Assembly: GCA_963758495.1 (NCBI GenBank)
Contig: CAVWVI010000004.1
Coordinates: 896,001-960,000 of the forward strand
Reading direction: 5' to 3'
DNA length: 64,000 nucleotides
Origin: Oligoflexia bacterium
GTDB lineage: Bacteria; Bdellovibrionota; UBA1018
The translations under genes and the position numbers were made by a program. The notes beneath the pieces were generated by a model. The model was not told where the DNA came from. It saw only the letters and a list, made by a program, of their open reading frames with translations, and ran no database searches. Of the stretch, positions 26,623 through 35,781 are shown one piece after another. Position 1 is the stretch's first letter. The number at the start of each line of letters is the position of its first letter.

Positions 26623-29600
26623 AGTGGCAAAACCTCTAGAGGTCCCTTCCTTTCCTCTCGTATCGCTTCAACCATCATTCGGGCAGCAGATACCACCGTT
26701 GTATAGGGGATTTTTCGCTCCAATGCAGCGCGCCGAATCGAAAAACTATCCCGGATTGCAAACTCATTCGAAGTTGTATTTATAATTAAAGAAAACAGAT
26801 CTTGCTGAATAGCTTCCACACAATGGGGAGAACCTTCACTAAACTTATTGATTCGCTTCACTTCTAAACCATAACCATTCAAAAACTTCTCAGTCCCTAG
26901 AGTCGCCCATAACTGAAACCCTAACTCCCTCAATCCTCTCGCTATCGGTAGAATTTCAGCCTTGTCCTCATCTCGAATGGATAGAAATGCATTACCCTTT
27001 TTTGGAAGCTCTACTCCCGCAGCAACAAGTGCTTTTGCATAAGCGCCCGCAAATGATTTTGCTCGCCCCATCACCTCCCCCGTGGACTTCATTTCCGGCC
27101 CTAGAAGTACATCTACTCCTGGAAATTTATGAAATGGAAATACGGGTACTTTCACGTTGTAGGTTTGAAGATGGATATCTAAATCTTCACGAATTCCTAA
27201 ATCATGTAATGATTTTCCTAGCATGATTTGGACTGCCAGTTTTGCTAGGGGTTTGCCTACTGCCTTACTCACAAAAGGGACTGTTCTCGACGCACGAGGA
27301 TTCACTTCGAGTAAATAAATCCGGTCTCCTTGAATAGCAAATTGCACATTCATCAGTCCGATCACTTTCAATCGCTTAGCCAGTTCTCGAGTATAAGTTC
27401 GGATTCTGTCACAGATCTTCACCGATAAGGTGGCCACAGGCAAAGAACAAGCACTATCTCCTGAATGGATGCCCGCCTCTTCGATATGTTCCATTAAACC
27501 ACCAATAAAGGTTTCTTTTCCATCACTGATAGCGTCCACATCCACTTCGGTAGCTCGATCTAAAAATCGATCAATCAAAACCGGATGGTCATAACTGACA
27601 GAAACTGAGTCTTGAATCCACTGTTCAAGCATACTTTGACTATGTACAATCCTCATTCCCTTCCCACCTAAAACATAAGAAGGTCTGACTAATACCGGAT
27701 ATCCAAGTTTGTTTGCTTGCTGAATGACTTCTTCCTGCGTGCGGGCAATCGTGGCCTCTGGCTGTTCTAAGCCCAAAGGTCTCAAATCACGCATCAGCTC
27801 TTCACACTTACTGCGATCTTCTGCCAAATCGATGCTCGCAGGAGAGGTTCCAAGAATTTTTAACCCACCCCGTTCCAAAGCATGGGCAATTTTTAAAGGA
27901 GTTTGGCCACCAAATTGAACAATCGCACCCAAAGGCTTTTCTATTCGAGCTATATTTAAAACATGCTCTGCCGAAAGCGGTTCAAAATACAACTTATCTG
28001 AAATATCAAAATCTGTACTCACCGTTTCAGGATTTGAATTGACCATGATCGTTTCAATTCCAATACTCCGTAGAGCCATCGCAGCGTGAACACAACAGTA
28101 ATCAAATTCAATCCCCTGGCCAATGCGATTGGGGCCGCCTCCCAGAATCATCACTTTCGATTTTTGCGTAATACGAGACTCATCCTGCCCTCTATAGCTA
28201 CTATAAAGATAAGGAGTTTGAGCTTCAAACTCAGCGGCACACGTATCCACCGATTGGTAAACACTAAAAACACCCAAATTCTCGCGATTGGCTCTCACCT
28301 GTTCTTCACTCAGCCCTAGCACTTGCGAGATAGCATGATCCGTCCAACCTCTCGCCTTGATTTCCCGAAGTTCATCAGCCGGAAGAGGCCATGGCTGAGA
28401 TTTCAATATGCATTCACCCTGGAGGTACTTCGCTATTCTTGAAAGAAACCAAATATTAATATGAGATCGATCGGCAATTTCTTCAAGACCCACTTGCTTC
28501 CGAATTGCATCCGCAATAGCCCAAATTCGCTTCGGATTTCCCTTTTCTATTAAGTCCCATCTCACTTCTGCATTCAGAGGACTCAGGGGAGAAAGCCATG
28601 CGGCATCGACCTCTAGACCTGCAATCGCCTTGCCCAAAGACTCTTCGAATGTCCGACCCATGGCCATGACTTCTCCCACGGATTTCATTTGGATTCCTAA
28701 TACAGGTTCCGAAGGACGAAATTTTTCAAAGTCAAATCGAGGCAATTTTGTAATGACATAATCAATACTCGGCTCAAAACTACACGGGGTCGTTCCCGTA
28801 ATGTCATTTGTCAGCTCATCTAATGTGTAACCCACTGCCAGTTTTGCGGCAACACGAGCAATTGGAAATCCTGTCGCTTTTGAAGCAAGCGCACTCGAAC
28901 GTGAAACACGAGGATTCATTTCAATTACAATGATCCGACCCGTTTTAGGATGGACTGCGAATTGAATATTAGATCCGCCTGTTTCAACACCAATGGCTCG
29001 TATAATTCGAATCGATTGGTCTCTTAGGTTTTGATACTCCCGATCCGTAAGAGTTTGAGCGGGGGCTACCGTAATACTATCTCCCGTATGGACCCCCATA
29101 GGATCAAAATTTTCAATTGAGCAAATAATAATAACATTGTCTCGCTTGTCTCGAACGACTTCGAGTTCGTACTCTTTCCATCCTAATAAGCTTTCCTCGA
29201 TGAGAACCCCTGTCGTGGGGGAGAGAAAAAGTGCCCGTTCTAGTTTTTGTAAAAACTCTTCCTGCGTGGAAACAATGCCACCCCCTTCACCTCCGAGAGT
29301 AAAAGAGGGGCGAAGGATCACAGGCAAACCTAATTCTTTTAAAATTTCGCATCCTTCTTCAACACTTTTGGCAAGCCTGCTTCGAGCACTTTCTACCCCA
29401 ATGCTTTGCATGGTCGCTTTAAAAGCTTCCCGGTCCTCAGCTTTGTGGATCGCTTCTGGAGTGGCTCCCAGAATTTCCACGCCATATTTTTCAAGGATTC
29501 CTGCCTTATGAAGTGCCATCGTCAAATTGAGTGCCGTTTGTCCCCCCATCGTAGGGAGTAAAGCCTGGGGCTTCTCCGCGGCGATAATTCGCTCAACAAA

Positions 29601-29816
29601 CTCAGGATTCAGGGGTTCAAGATATACCCGATTAGACAGCTCTGGGTCGGTCATAATGGTAGCAGGATTTGAATTCAGAAGGACAACTTCATATCCTTCT
29701 TCTTTCAACGCTTTCAGCGCTTGGGTCCCTGAATAATCAAACTCACAGGCCTGCCCAATGACAATCGGCCCACTTCCTATCAAAAGAATCTTATGTATAT
29801 CTTTACGCCTTGGCAT
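26619..29816 (-). CDS. carB: Carbamoyl-phosphate synthase large subunit
   Basis: [30 protein letters not shown], two ATP-grasp halves, [21 protein letters not shown] domain. Confidence 0.99.
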   Translation of the reverse strand: MPRRKDIHKILLIGSGPIVIGQACEFDYSGTQALKALKEEGYEVVLLNSNPATIMTDPELSNRVYLEPLNPEFVERIIAAEKPQALLPTMGGQTALNLTMALHKAGILEKYGVEILGATPEAIHKAEDREAFKATMQSIGVESARSRLAKSVEEGCEILKELGLPVILRPSFTLGGEGGGIVSTQEEFLQKLERALFLSPTTGVLIEESLLGWKEYELEVVRDKRDNVIIICSIENFDPMGVHTGDSITVAPAQTLTDREYQNLRDQSIRIIRAIGVETGGSNIQFAVHPKTGRIIVIEMNPRVSRSSALASKATGFPIARVAAKLAVGYTLDELTNDITGTTPCSFEPSIDYVITKLPRFDFEKFRPSEPVLGIQMKSVGEVMAMGRTFEESLGKAIAGLEVDAAWLSPLSPLNAEVRWDLIEKGNPKRIWAIADAIRKQVGLEEIADRSHINIWFLSRIAKYLQGECILKSQPWPLPADELREIKARGWTDHAISQVLGLSEEQVRANRENLGVFSVYQSVDTCAAEFEAQTPYLYSSYRGQDESRITQKSKVMILGGGPNRIGQGIEFDYCCVHAAMALRSIGIETIMVNSNPETVSTDFDISDKLYFEPLSAEHVLNIARIEKPLGAIVQFGGQTPLKIAHALERGGLKILGTSPASIDLAEDRSKCEELMRDLRPLGLEQPEATIARTQEEVIQQANKLGYPVLVRPSYVLGGKGMRIVHSQSMLEQWIQDSVSVSYDHPVLIDRFLDRATEVDVDAISDGKETFIGGLMEHIEEAGIHSGDSACSLPVATLSVKICDRIRTYTRELAKRLKVIGLMNVQFAIQGDRIYLLEVNPRASRTVPFVSKAVGKPLAKLAVQIMLGKSLHDLGIREDLDIHLQTYNVKVPVFPFHKFPGVDVLLGPEMKSTGEVMGRAKSFAGAYAKALVAAGVELPKKGNAFLSIRDEDKAEILPIARGLRELGFQLWATLGTEKFLNGYGLEVKRINKFSEGSPHCVEAIQQDLFSLIINTTSNEFAIRDSFSIRRAALERKIPYTTVVSAARMMVEAIREERKGPLEVLPL

Positions 29817-30032
29817 AGGCGCAGCTTAGTCTCGTGCAGCCTGTAGAATCCAGTCAAAAATTAATCTAAGTGCTAATCTTACAATTGGCGCCCGCGTAAG
29901 CCAGCTACCGAAATAGTGCAGTTCCACCCCTCAAGTCCAAGACTTCGGTATGTTTAAATGACACTTTAAGCATCTTCAAAAACAGATGAAGCAGTCAGTA
30001 GATTGATCGGCCTCGAATTGACCTTCGAGGGC

Positions 30033-31685
30033 TCAATGTTTGTATTTACCTTTTTGTACATTGGCGAGAAATGATTCTACTTTCCGACTCCATAATTTCC
30101 TCTCCAACCAAGATTTTACTTCCTTTTTAGCTTCCACCAATTCCTTAGCTCGATTGCTCACTGCTGGATTGGGATCCTGCGCTAGGCGTAAGAGTTCAGG
30201 TATAAATGGATGTTTCAGAATTTCCTTTGTAGATGGATGCGCTATATCGAGCGCAGTTTTACCATCTTTCCGCTTATAATTCACCTTCGCACCCTGAGTA
30301 ATTAAATATTCAACAACCTCTGACTGGCCTTTATTTGCCGCTAACATAAGAGCGGTAACTCCATCCTTCTCACTAGCATAATTTACGTCGGCTCCCTTTT
30401 CTATCAGGTACTTTGCTATTTCTAGGTGGCCATTATATGCGGCAAGCATAAGGGCAGTATTCCCATAATTCTCAGAATGATTTACGTCTGCTCCCTTTTC
30501 TATCAGGTACTTTGCTATTTCTGTGTGGCCATTTTGTGCCGCCCATATAAGGGCGGTAACTCCATCCTTCTCACGAGCATGATTTACGTCTGCTCCCTTT
30601 TCAACAAGGGACTTTACCTGAGATAGGTTGCCACGTTTTGCCGCTGAAACAAGGTCGTTTGCGCCCTGAGTAAATAAATACTTAACAATCTCTAAGTGGC
30701 CCCAGGATGCCGCCCACATGAGAGCAGTAGTTCCATTCTTATTTGCATGATTTACATCTGCTCCTTTTTCTATCAGGTACTTCGCTATTTCTAGGTGGCC
30801 ATTAATTGCCGCCCACATAAGAGGGGTCACTCCTTTCCAATCTTTATGATTTACGTCTGCTCCCTTTTCTATCAGGTACTTCGCTATTTCTAGGGGGCCA
30901 TTAATTGCCGCCACCATAAGAGCGGTAGCTCCATTCTTCTGAGCATGATTTACATCCGCTCCCTTTTCAACAAGGGCCATTACTTGAGATAGATTGCCAC
31001 TTTTCACCGATGAGGCAAGATCACCCCCTGTAAAAGAAACCCGAGACATACCCTTTTTTTCATCGTGATTTACGCTTGCTCCCTTTTCTATCAGGTACTT
31101 TGCTATTTCTGGGTGGCCTTTTTGTGCCCATATAAGGGCGGTATTTCCATTATTCTGAGCATGATTTACGTCTGCTCCCCTTTCTACCAGATACTTTGCT
31201 ATTTCTGGGTGGCCTTCTTGTGCCGCCCATATAAGGGCGGTAACTCCATCCTTCTCACGAGCATGATTTACGTCTGCTCCCTTTTCTATCAGGTACTTTG
31301 CTATTTCTAGGTGGCCTCTATATGCCGCGAACATAAGGGCGGAACTTCCATCCTTCTTAGTACTTCCATCTTTCTTAGTATGATTTACGTCTGCTCCCTT
31401 TCCTATCAAGTACTTTACTATTTCTAGGTGGCCCCTGTCTGTCGCAACTATAAGGGCAGTAACTCCATCCTTCTCACGAGCATGATTTACGTCTGCTCCC
31501 TTTTCAACAAGGGACTTTACTTGAGATAGGTTGCCACTTCCCGCCGCAGAAAAAAGATCAGTCTCTGCAAATGAAACCTGAGACACAAGCATGAGTGAAA
31601 TGAGAAATACCAAAACCGCTCTTGCACTCTCATTTTTAATCCTTCTCTTAGCGCGCTTTACACTGGAAGTAACTTTATGAATCAT
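30033..31685 (-). CDS. Secreted ankyrin-repeat protein, paralog 1 (short C-terminus)
   Basis: About 13 repeats of GADVNH..KDGxTALxxAAxxGHxEIAKYLIEK; basic leader + h-region ending VSFA. Confidence 0.93.
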   Translation of the reverse strand: MIHKVTSSVKRAKRRIKNESARAVLVFLISLMLVSQVSFAETDLFSAAGSGNLSQVKSLVEKGADVNHAREKDGVTALIVATDRGHLEIVKYLIGKGADVNHTKKDGSTKKDGSSALMFAAYRGHLEIAKYLIEKGADVNHAREKDGVTALIWAAQEGHPEIAKYLVERGADVNHAQNNGNTALIWAQKGHPEIAKYLIEKGASVNHDEKKGMSRVSFTGGDLASSVKSGNLSQVMALVEKGADVNHAQKNGATALMVAAINGPLEIAKYLIEKGADVNHKDWKGVTPLMWAAINGHLEIAKYLIEKGADVNHANKNGTTALMWAASWGHLEIVKYLFTQGANDLVSAAKRGNLSQVKSLVEKGADVNHAREKDGVTALIWAAQNGHTEIAKYLIEKGADVNHSENYGNTALMLAAYNGHLEIAKYLIEKGADVNYASEKDGVTALMLAANKGQSEVVEYLITQGAKVNYKRKDGKTALDIAHPSTKEILKHPFIPELLRLAQDPNPAVSNRAKELVEAKKEVKSWLERKLWSRKVESFLANVQKGKYKH

Positions 31686-31854
31686 TGACTCACCTTTAAA
31701 GGTTGTATTTACAAAAATTATAGCAGTTTTTATTTTATAATAATTTGTTATTTATTTTAACGTATGGAGATAAGGACAAGTATTTTTTGATATTTTGCCG
31801 ACATAGAAGATCTGCCCTATAAAAGTCGACCTCAAACCTAACACTTGAACCCGC

Positions 31855-32436
31855 TTAAAAATTAATTCGAGTACTAAATTGTAGGCTTATCGGTTGATCG
31901 GGGTGAGCCGAGTTATAATATTGAACTGCATTTCCCAAATGAGCTTCATTTGTACTTAATGCGGTATAACCGTAGATCAAAGATCCGATCACCGTAGCCA
32001 GACCTCCTATCACCATGAAGCCTCCAGGCTTAATTGCATTCGTCTGTGGATCAACAGGAGGATGACTGACTACAATTCCTGCAATTACAGCTAAAAATCC
32101 GCCACTCCCCACGTAAGCAATCGTCTTAGTCTTTACACGGTTTTCTTGATAAGCGTCAAGTTCAGCAACTGCACTGGGAACATCCATGACAATAGATCTC
32201 AGTCTTTCGGCATCGGTACCGGCATTCGAATCACATTCGTACTTCTTGCCTCGAAATAAAAAGTACCTCTCACAATGCGGAATGGTTTTAGGAACCTTTT
32301 GAATCAATGGAATAGGAACACTGGGTTTTTTTGGAATTTCGGCTTCTTCAGCCTCATAAGGCCCACCCGCTGCAAAACAGGAGCTAGAATACAATGCAAC
32401 AATAAGGATAACCTGACGAAGATTCATTCTCCTCAT
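31855..32436 (-). CDS. Hypothetical exported/membrane protein
   Basis: Signal peptide (SSCFA), two hydrophobic Gly-rich helices, AVQYYN, C-terminal Phe. Confidence 0.7.
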   Translation of the reverse strand: MRRMNLRQVILIVALYSSSCFAAGGPYEAEEAEIPKKPSVPIPLIQKVPKTIPHCERYFLFRGKKYECDSNAGTDAERLRSIVMDVPSAVAELDAYQENRVKTKTIAYVGSGGFLAVIAGIVVSHPPVDPQTNAIKPGGFMVIGGLATVIGSLIYGYTALSTNEAHLGNAVQYYNSAHPDQPISLQFSTRINF

Positions 32437-34159
32437 TTATCGCTCGAAAAGTCGCTTCGAGCAATCCATTATAACAGCTCAATCTTGTTTCTTCTTCGCA
32501 GGGGCTTTTCGGGAAGATTCTGAGTGAAGTGGACGGGAAGGACATGCAGGGAGCTGGTCCACTAGCTCTGTCAGGCTCGCCGATTTCTCTAAAAGCCTCT
32601 GGGCCATCTCTTCAAGTTCTTGGTAACCATAAATCCTCCTGCGCCGCCTCACGAGAGTATTGGATCCATTCCCCAGACGTACTTCATCGGAGGAAGGTTC
32701 CTTGTATTTCATTTGAGCTTCTATTTTGTCTGCTTGAGCCTCAAAAGCACATACTTTCTTTTCAAAGTCCGGCCCGATTTCTCCATACAGTAATTGTTCA
32801 GCACCCCTTCGAATTTGCTCATTCTGGTGTGTCAATAAAGGCTTCAAACTTTCTCTCATTTTAGCTTTTAACTGCGCCTCAAGTGCGACAGCTTCAGTCA
32901 AACGTGCCGTACTCTTTGCAGCCTGATCTTCAAGATTTTTCAACTTTCTTTCTTGTTCCTTTGGATCTTGAATTAAAGCGATCGTCTCTACTTTATTGTG
33001 AATGAAAGGATCGGGGTGATCCATTAAAGCAAGAATTCTACTTTCCTTTTCAGATTGACTCCCGATGGCTACATTTTTGTATTTACCTTTTTGTACATGA
33101 GCGAGGAATGAATCTACTTCCAGGTTCCATAATTCTCTTCGCAACCAAGAGTTCCTTTCCTTTTTAGCTCCCATCAATACCTTAGCTCGGTTGCGCACTT
33201 CTGGATCGGTATCCTGCGCCAAGTGTGAGAGCTGAGATATAAGTTTCAAAATCTCCTCTGTAGATGACTCCGCCAAATCGAGTGCGGTTTTACCATCTTT
33301 CATTTTAGCATTAATGTCCGCTCCCTGAATCATTAAATATTCAACAACCTCTGGGTGGCCTTGATGAGCCGCAAGTATAAGAGCGGTAACTCCATCCTCG
33401 CGAGCATGATTTACGTCGGCTCCCTTTTCTATCAGGTACTTTGCTATTTCTAGCGTGGCCTTCTTGTGCCGCCAATAGAAGGGCGGTAGCTCCATCCTTA
33501 TCTGCATGATTTACGTCGGCTCCCTTTTCTATCAGGTACTTTGCTATTTCTGCGTGGCCTTCTATGTGCCGCAAATAGAAGGGCGGTAACTCCATCCTTC
33601 TCACGAGCATGATTTACGTCGGCTCCCTTTTCTATCAGGTACTTTGCTATTTCTAGCGTGGCCTTTTATGCCGCAAAAATAAGGGCGGTAGTTCCATCCT
33701 TCTTAGTACTTCCATCTTTCTTAGCATGATTTACGTCGGCTCCCTTTTCTATCAGGTACTTTACTATTTCTAGGTGGCCTTTTCTTGTCGCAATAAAGGG
33801 CGGTAGTTCCATCCTTATCTGCATGATTTACGTCCGATCCCTCTTTAACAAGGGCCATTACTTGAGATAGATCGCCATCACCCGCCGCTGAAATAAGATC
33901 AGTGTCTGCAAAAGAAACCTGAGGCACAAGCATGAGTGAAATAAGAAGCATCAAAACCGCTCTTGTGCTCTCATTTTTAATCATTCTCTTAGCACGCTTT
34001 ACATTGGAAGTAACTTTATGAATCATGCATCACCTTTAAAAGTTATGTTTACATAATTTTATAATAATTTCCGATGACTTTACCAGAAACTTTTTATTTA
34101 TTTTAATAATATATAAATACATATCGGCATTTTTTGCCGACATCGAGAAGCACCTACTC
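32417..34159. repeat. Direct repeat unit A (ankyrin cassette with its upstream region and the 5' end of the neighbouring gene)
   Basis: Near-identical to 35782..37128 except for four extra ankyrin repeats (about 33425..33841), a 21-bp duplication in the other copy, and scattered substitutions mostly in the leader. Confidence 0.9.
32479..34026 (-). pseudogene. Secreted ankyrin-repeat protein, paralog 2 (long C-terminus), broken by several small indels; true pseudogene or consensus artefact
   Basis: ORF-track pieces 33721..34026, 33341..33610 and 32479..33507 are consecutive parts of one gene; indels of -2, -1/+1, +1, +1 sum to zero; total span 1548 nt = 516 codons. Confidence 0.85.
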
Positions 34160-34160
34160 G

Positions 34161-34345
34161 CCAACAGCTCACTCCGCTCCCCTTTAGTGGGACAAATTAT
34201 TGCTTCTGATACGGAAACCTATGTTTGACCAACGGACGATGGGAATGCTCGTGGACAAGCAATTCGACCTCTTTATGTATCGGTTCCTGTCGCATCGAAA
34301 AAAGACTTAGAGCTTTATGAGCTCTTGGCACTTGTAGATTCCTTA
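34161..34345 (+). pseudogene. Gene fragment of a conserved family usually paired with a nucleotidyltransferase toxin (putative antitoxin/regulator)
   Basis: Hand translation PTAHSA/PLVGQIIASDTETYV*PTDDGNARGQAIRPLYVSVPVASKKDLELYELLALVDSL, with one frameshift and a TGA at an expected Trp; family assignment from recall. Confidence 0.5.
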
Positions 34346-34470
34346 CCTTCACAAAATACAAATCCATCGTTCACATAAGACCTCGCTTCAACTCCAGGAC
34401 CAATCTTTATTGAAGCAAATCAGAATCATTATCAATATAGACTTCGGGTTCAAAATGGGGAGTTTTTGAA
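34346..34470 (-). pseudogene. DUF2283-like putative antitoxin fragment
   Basis: Hand translation FEPEVYIDNDSD/ASIKIGPGVEARSYVNDGFVFCE with one frameshift; directly downstream of a DUF4258-like relic, the usual partner. Confidence 0.45.
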
Positions 34471-34474
34471 TAAC

Positions 34475-34719
34475 TTACTTTTTTTCGAAGTTGACTAGAA
34501 GTCTGATGACGACCTATCAATTGTGCTCCTTTTTTTCTAATAGTATTGCTGAAATCATATTATCTTTACGACCTACAATAGTTTTTGCCAAAATCCACTT
34601 TGGACCTTGGGGTATGACGTGGTCCGGTATGGTAATAATAGAAGTGATTTCCTCTGAAAGAATCTTCCTATCTTCGATTCGTTTTAATGCATGAGGCGAA
34701 AATACCAGTTAATTATCAT
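34475..34719 (-). pseudogene. DUF4258-like (RelE/BrnT-fold) putative toxin pseudogene
   Basis: Hand translation LVFSPHALKRIEDRKILSEEITSIITIPD...EKKEHN**VVIRLLVNFEKK*; FSxHAxxR motif; damaged start and two internal stops. Confidence 0.6.
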
Positions 34720-34895
34720 CGGTAACTTATCTGCCATTTAGCTTACTTTCCCTAATCCTATAATCAACTTTCAGTTATCAAGTTGAAACTAAGTTTTTAC
34801 CCCTCACTTGCCTGAAAGTAACTGAAAGATACGCCACAAGTAGGGAATGAGCGAGCATTACAACGAGTCTGAAAAATACTAAAACCGAACTTAAC

Positions 34896-35180
34896 CTATA
34901 GCGCTATTTTTTTACTCACTATGGTGAAATTATAACCAAGAATTGTAAGAATATTCAAAAGTACGTCAAACGTAATTTTTGACGTTCCTACCCCTGTTTC
35001 AACTTGGGCAATCCTACTCTGGCTGACTCCTACTTTCTTCGCAAGAACGGACTGAGAAATATTTTTCTCTTTGCGAGTTTTAACAATCAAACGGATTAGT
35101 TTTTGTTTTTCTCTAACTTCAGCAGGGCTCACACCTAATGAGAGCGCCAACTCATTTAAACTCATTTCTTTCCATGCCAT
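34896..35180 (-). CDS. XRE/HigA-type HTH antitoxin
   Basis: RKEKNISQSVLAKKVGVSQSRIAQVETG HTH; starts 1 nt after the toxin stop. Confidence 0.85.
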   Translation of the reverse strand: MAWKEMSLNELALSLGVSPAEVREKQKLIRLIVKTRKEKNISQSVLAKKVGVSQSRIAQVETGVGTSKITFDVLLNILTILGYNFTIVSKKIAL

Positions 35181-35181
35181 A

Positions 35182-35514
35182 TTAAATCTCCTTAGTTCGC
35201 TTCAAAACAAGCTCGACCTCATTTTTAGGCAATTCCTGAGTTTTCTTTTTAAAAGCGTGCAACATATAAATGGCATCGCCTCTTTTTATAAAATAAAATA
35301 CTCGGATTTGACCTGTTCTATCCTTTAACCTGAGCTCATGAAGCCCTGAATGAATACTCGATAAATTTCTACTTAAAGGAAACGATAAAGAGAGCCCTGA
35401 AGCCAAAAGGTTGGCGGCGTCAAAAAAATCGGCCCTCATTTCTTTCGAACAATCATGAAGGAACTCTTCTACGGGACTTCGTCCTGACCCTTTTAAATAA
35501 AATTTAACCTTCAT
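35182..35514 (-). CDS. Type II TA toxin, RelE/ParE superfamily (HigB/Gp49-like)
   Basis: FY...GRSPVEEFL, GLHELR, RVFYF, MLHAFKKKTQELPKNE; toxin-first order. Confidence 0.9.
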   Translation of the reverse strand: MKVKFYLKGSGRSPVEEFLHDCSKEMRADFFDAANLLASGLSLSFPLSRNLSSIHSGLHELRLKDRTGQIRVFYFIKRGDAIYMLHAFKKKTQELPKNEVELVLKRTKEI

Positions 35515-35520
35515 TAAATC

Positions 35521-35580
35521 AATATATAATCTATAGCTTATTATTAGGCAAGGCTAATAATAAGCTATAGATTATATATT
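35521..35580. promoter_or_regulatory. Perfect 27-bp inverted repeat (6-nt spacer), probable TA operator
   Basis: AATATATAATCTATAGCTTATTATTAG-gcaagg-CTAATAATAAGCTATAGATTATATATT, 6 nt upstream of the toxin ATG. Confidence 0.75.
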
Positions 35581-35781
35581 AAAATTTACATATGTAAGTC
35601 ATAGACTTTCTTAGTCAAAACTTTCAAAAGAGACGCCATTTTTAAGCGGCAACAGTTCGAATCCTTCAGAAATTTCTGTATTTTCAGACGGAGCATGAGA
35701 ATTTACAAACCTCTTTTAGGCTAGCAGCTATTTTCGAATATCAGTCCGTAGGACAATCCTACTCAAATAGCTAGCAAACCG

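Noticed and set aside
26619..29816. carB without adjacent carA as a sign of pathway loss
   Set aside because: carA and carB are often unlinked; this cannot be judged from one window.
30290..31500. CRISPR-like repeat-spacer pattern
   Set aside because: The period of about 99-102 bp is the in-frame ankyrin coding repeat; no cas genes.
34121..34141. FliA promoter or operator upstream of ankyrin genes (GCCGATAT, TCGGCA-N5-TGCCGA)
   Set aside because: No matching -35 element, and the palindrome is not preserved in the copies before paralogs 1 and 4.
34226..34228. TGA read as Trp (alternative genetic code)
   Set aside because: Many intact genes here end in TGA and use TGG for Trp; the fragment also has a frameshift, so it is decay.
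34160..35781. Prophage or IS element
   Set aside because: No phage, transposase or recombinase genes and no terminal inverted repeats with target-site duplication recognised.
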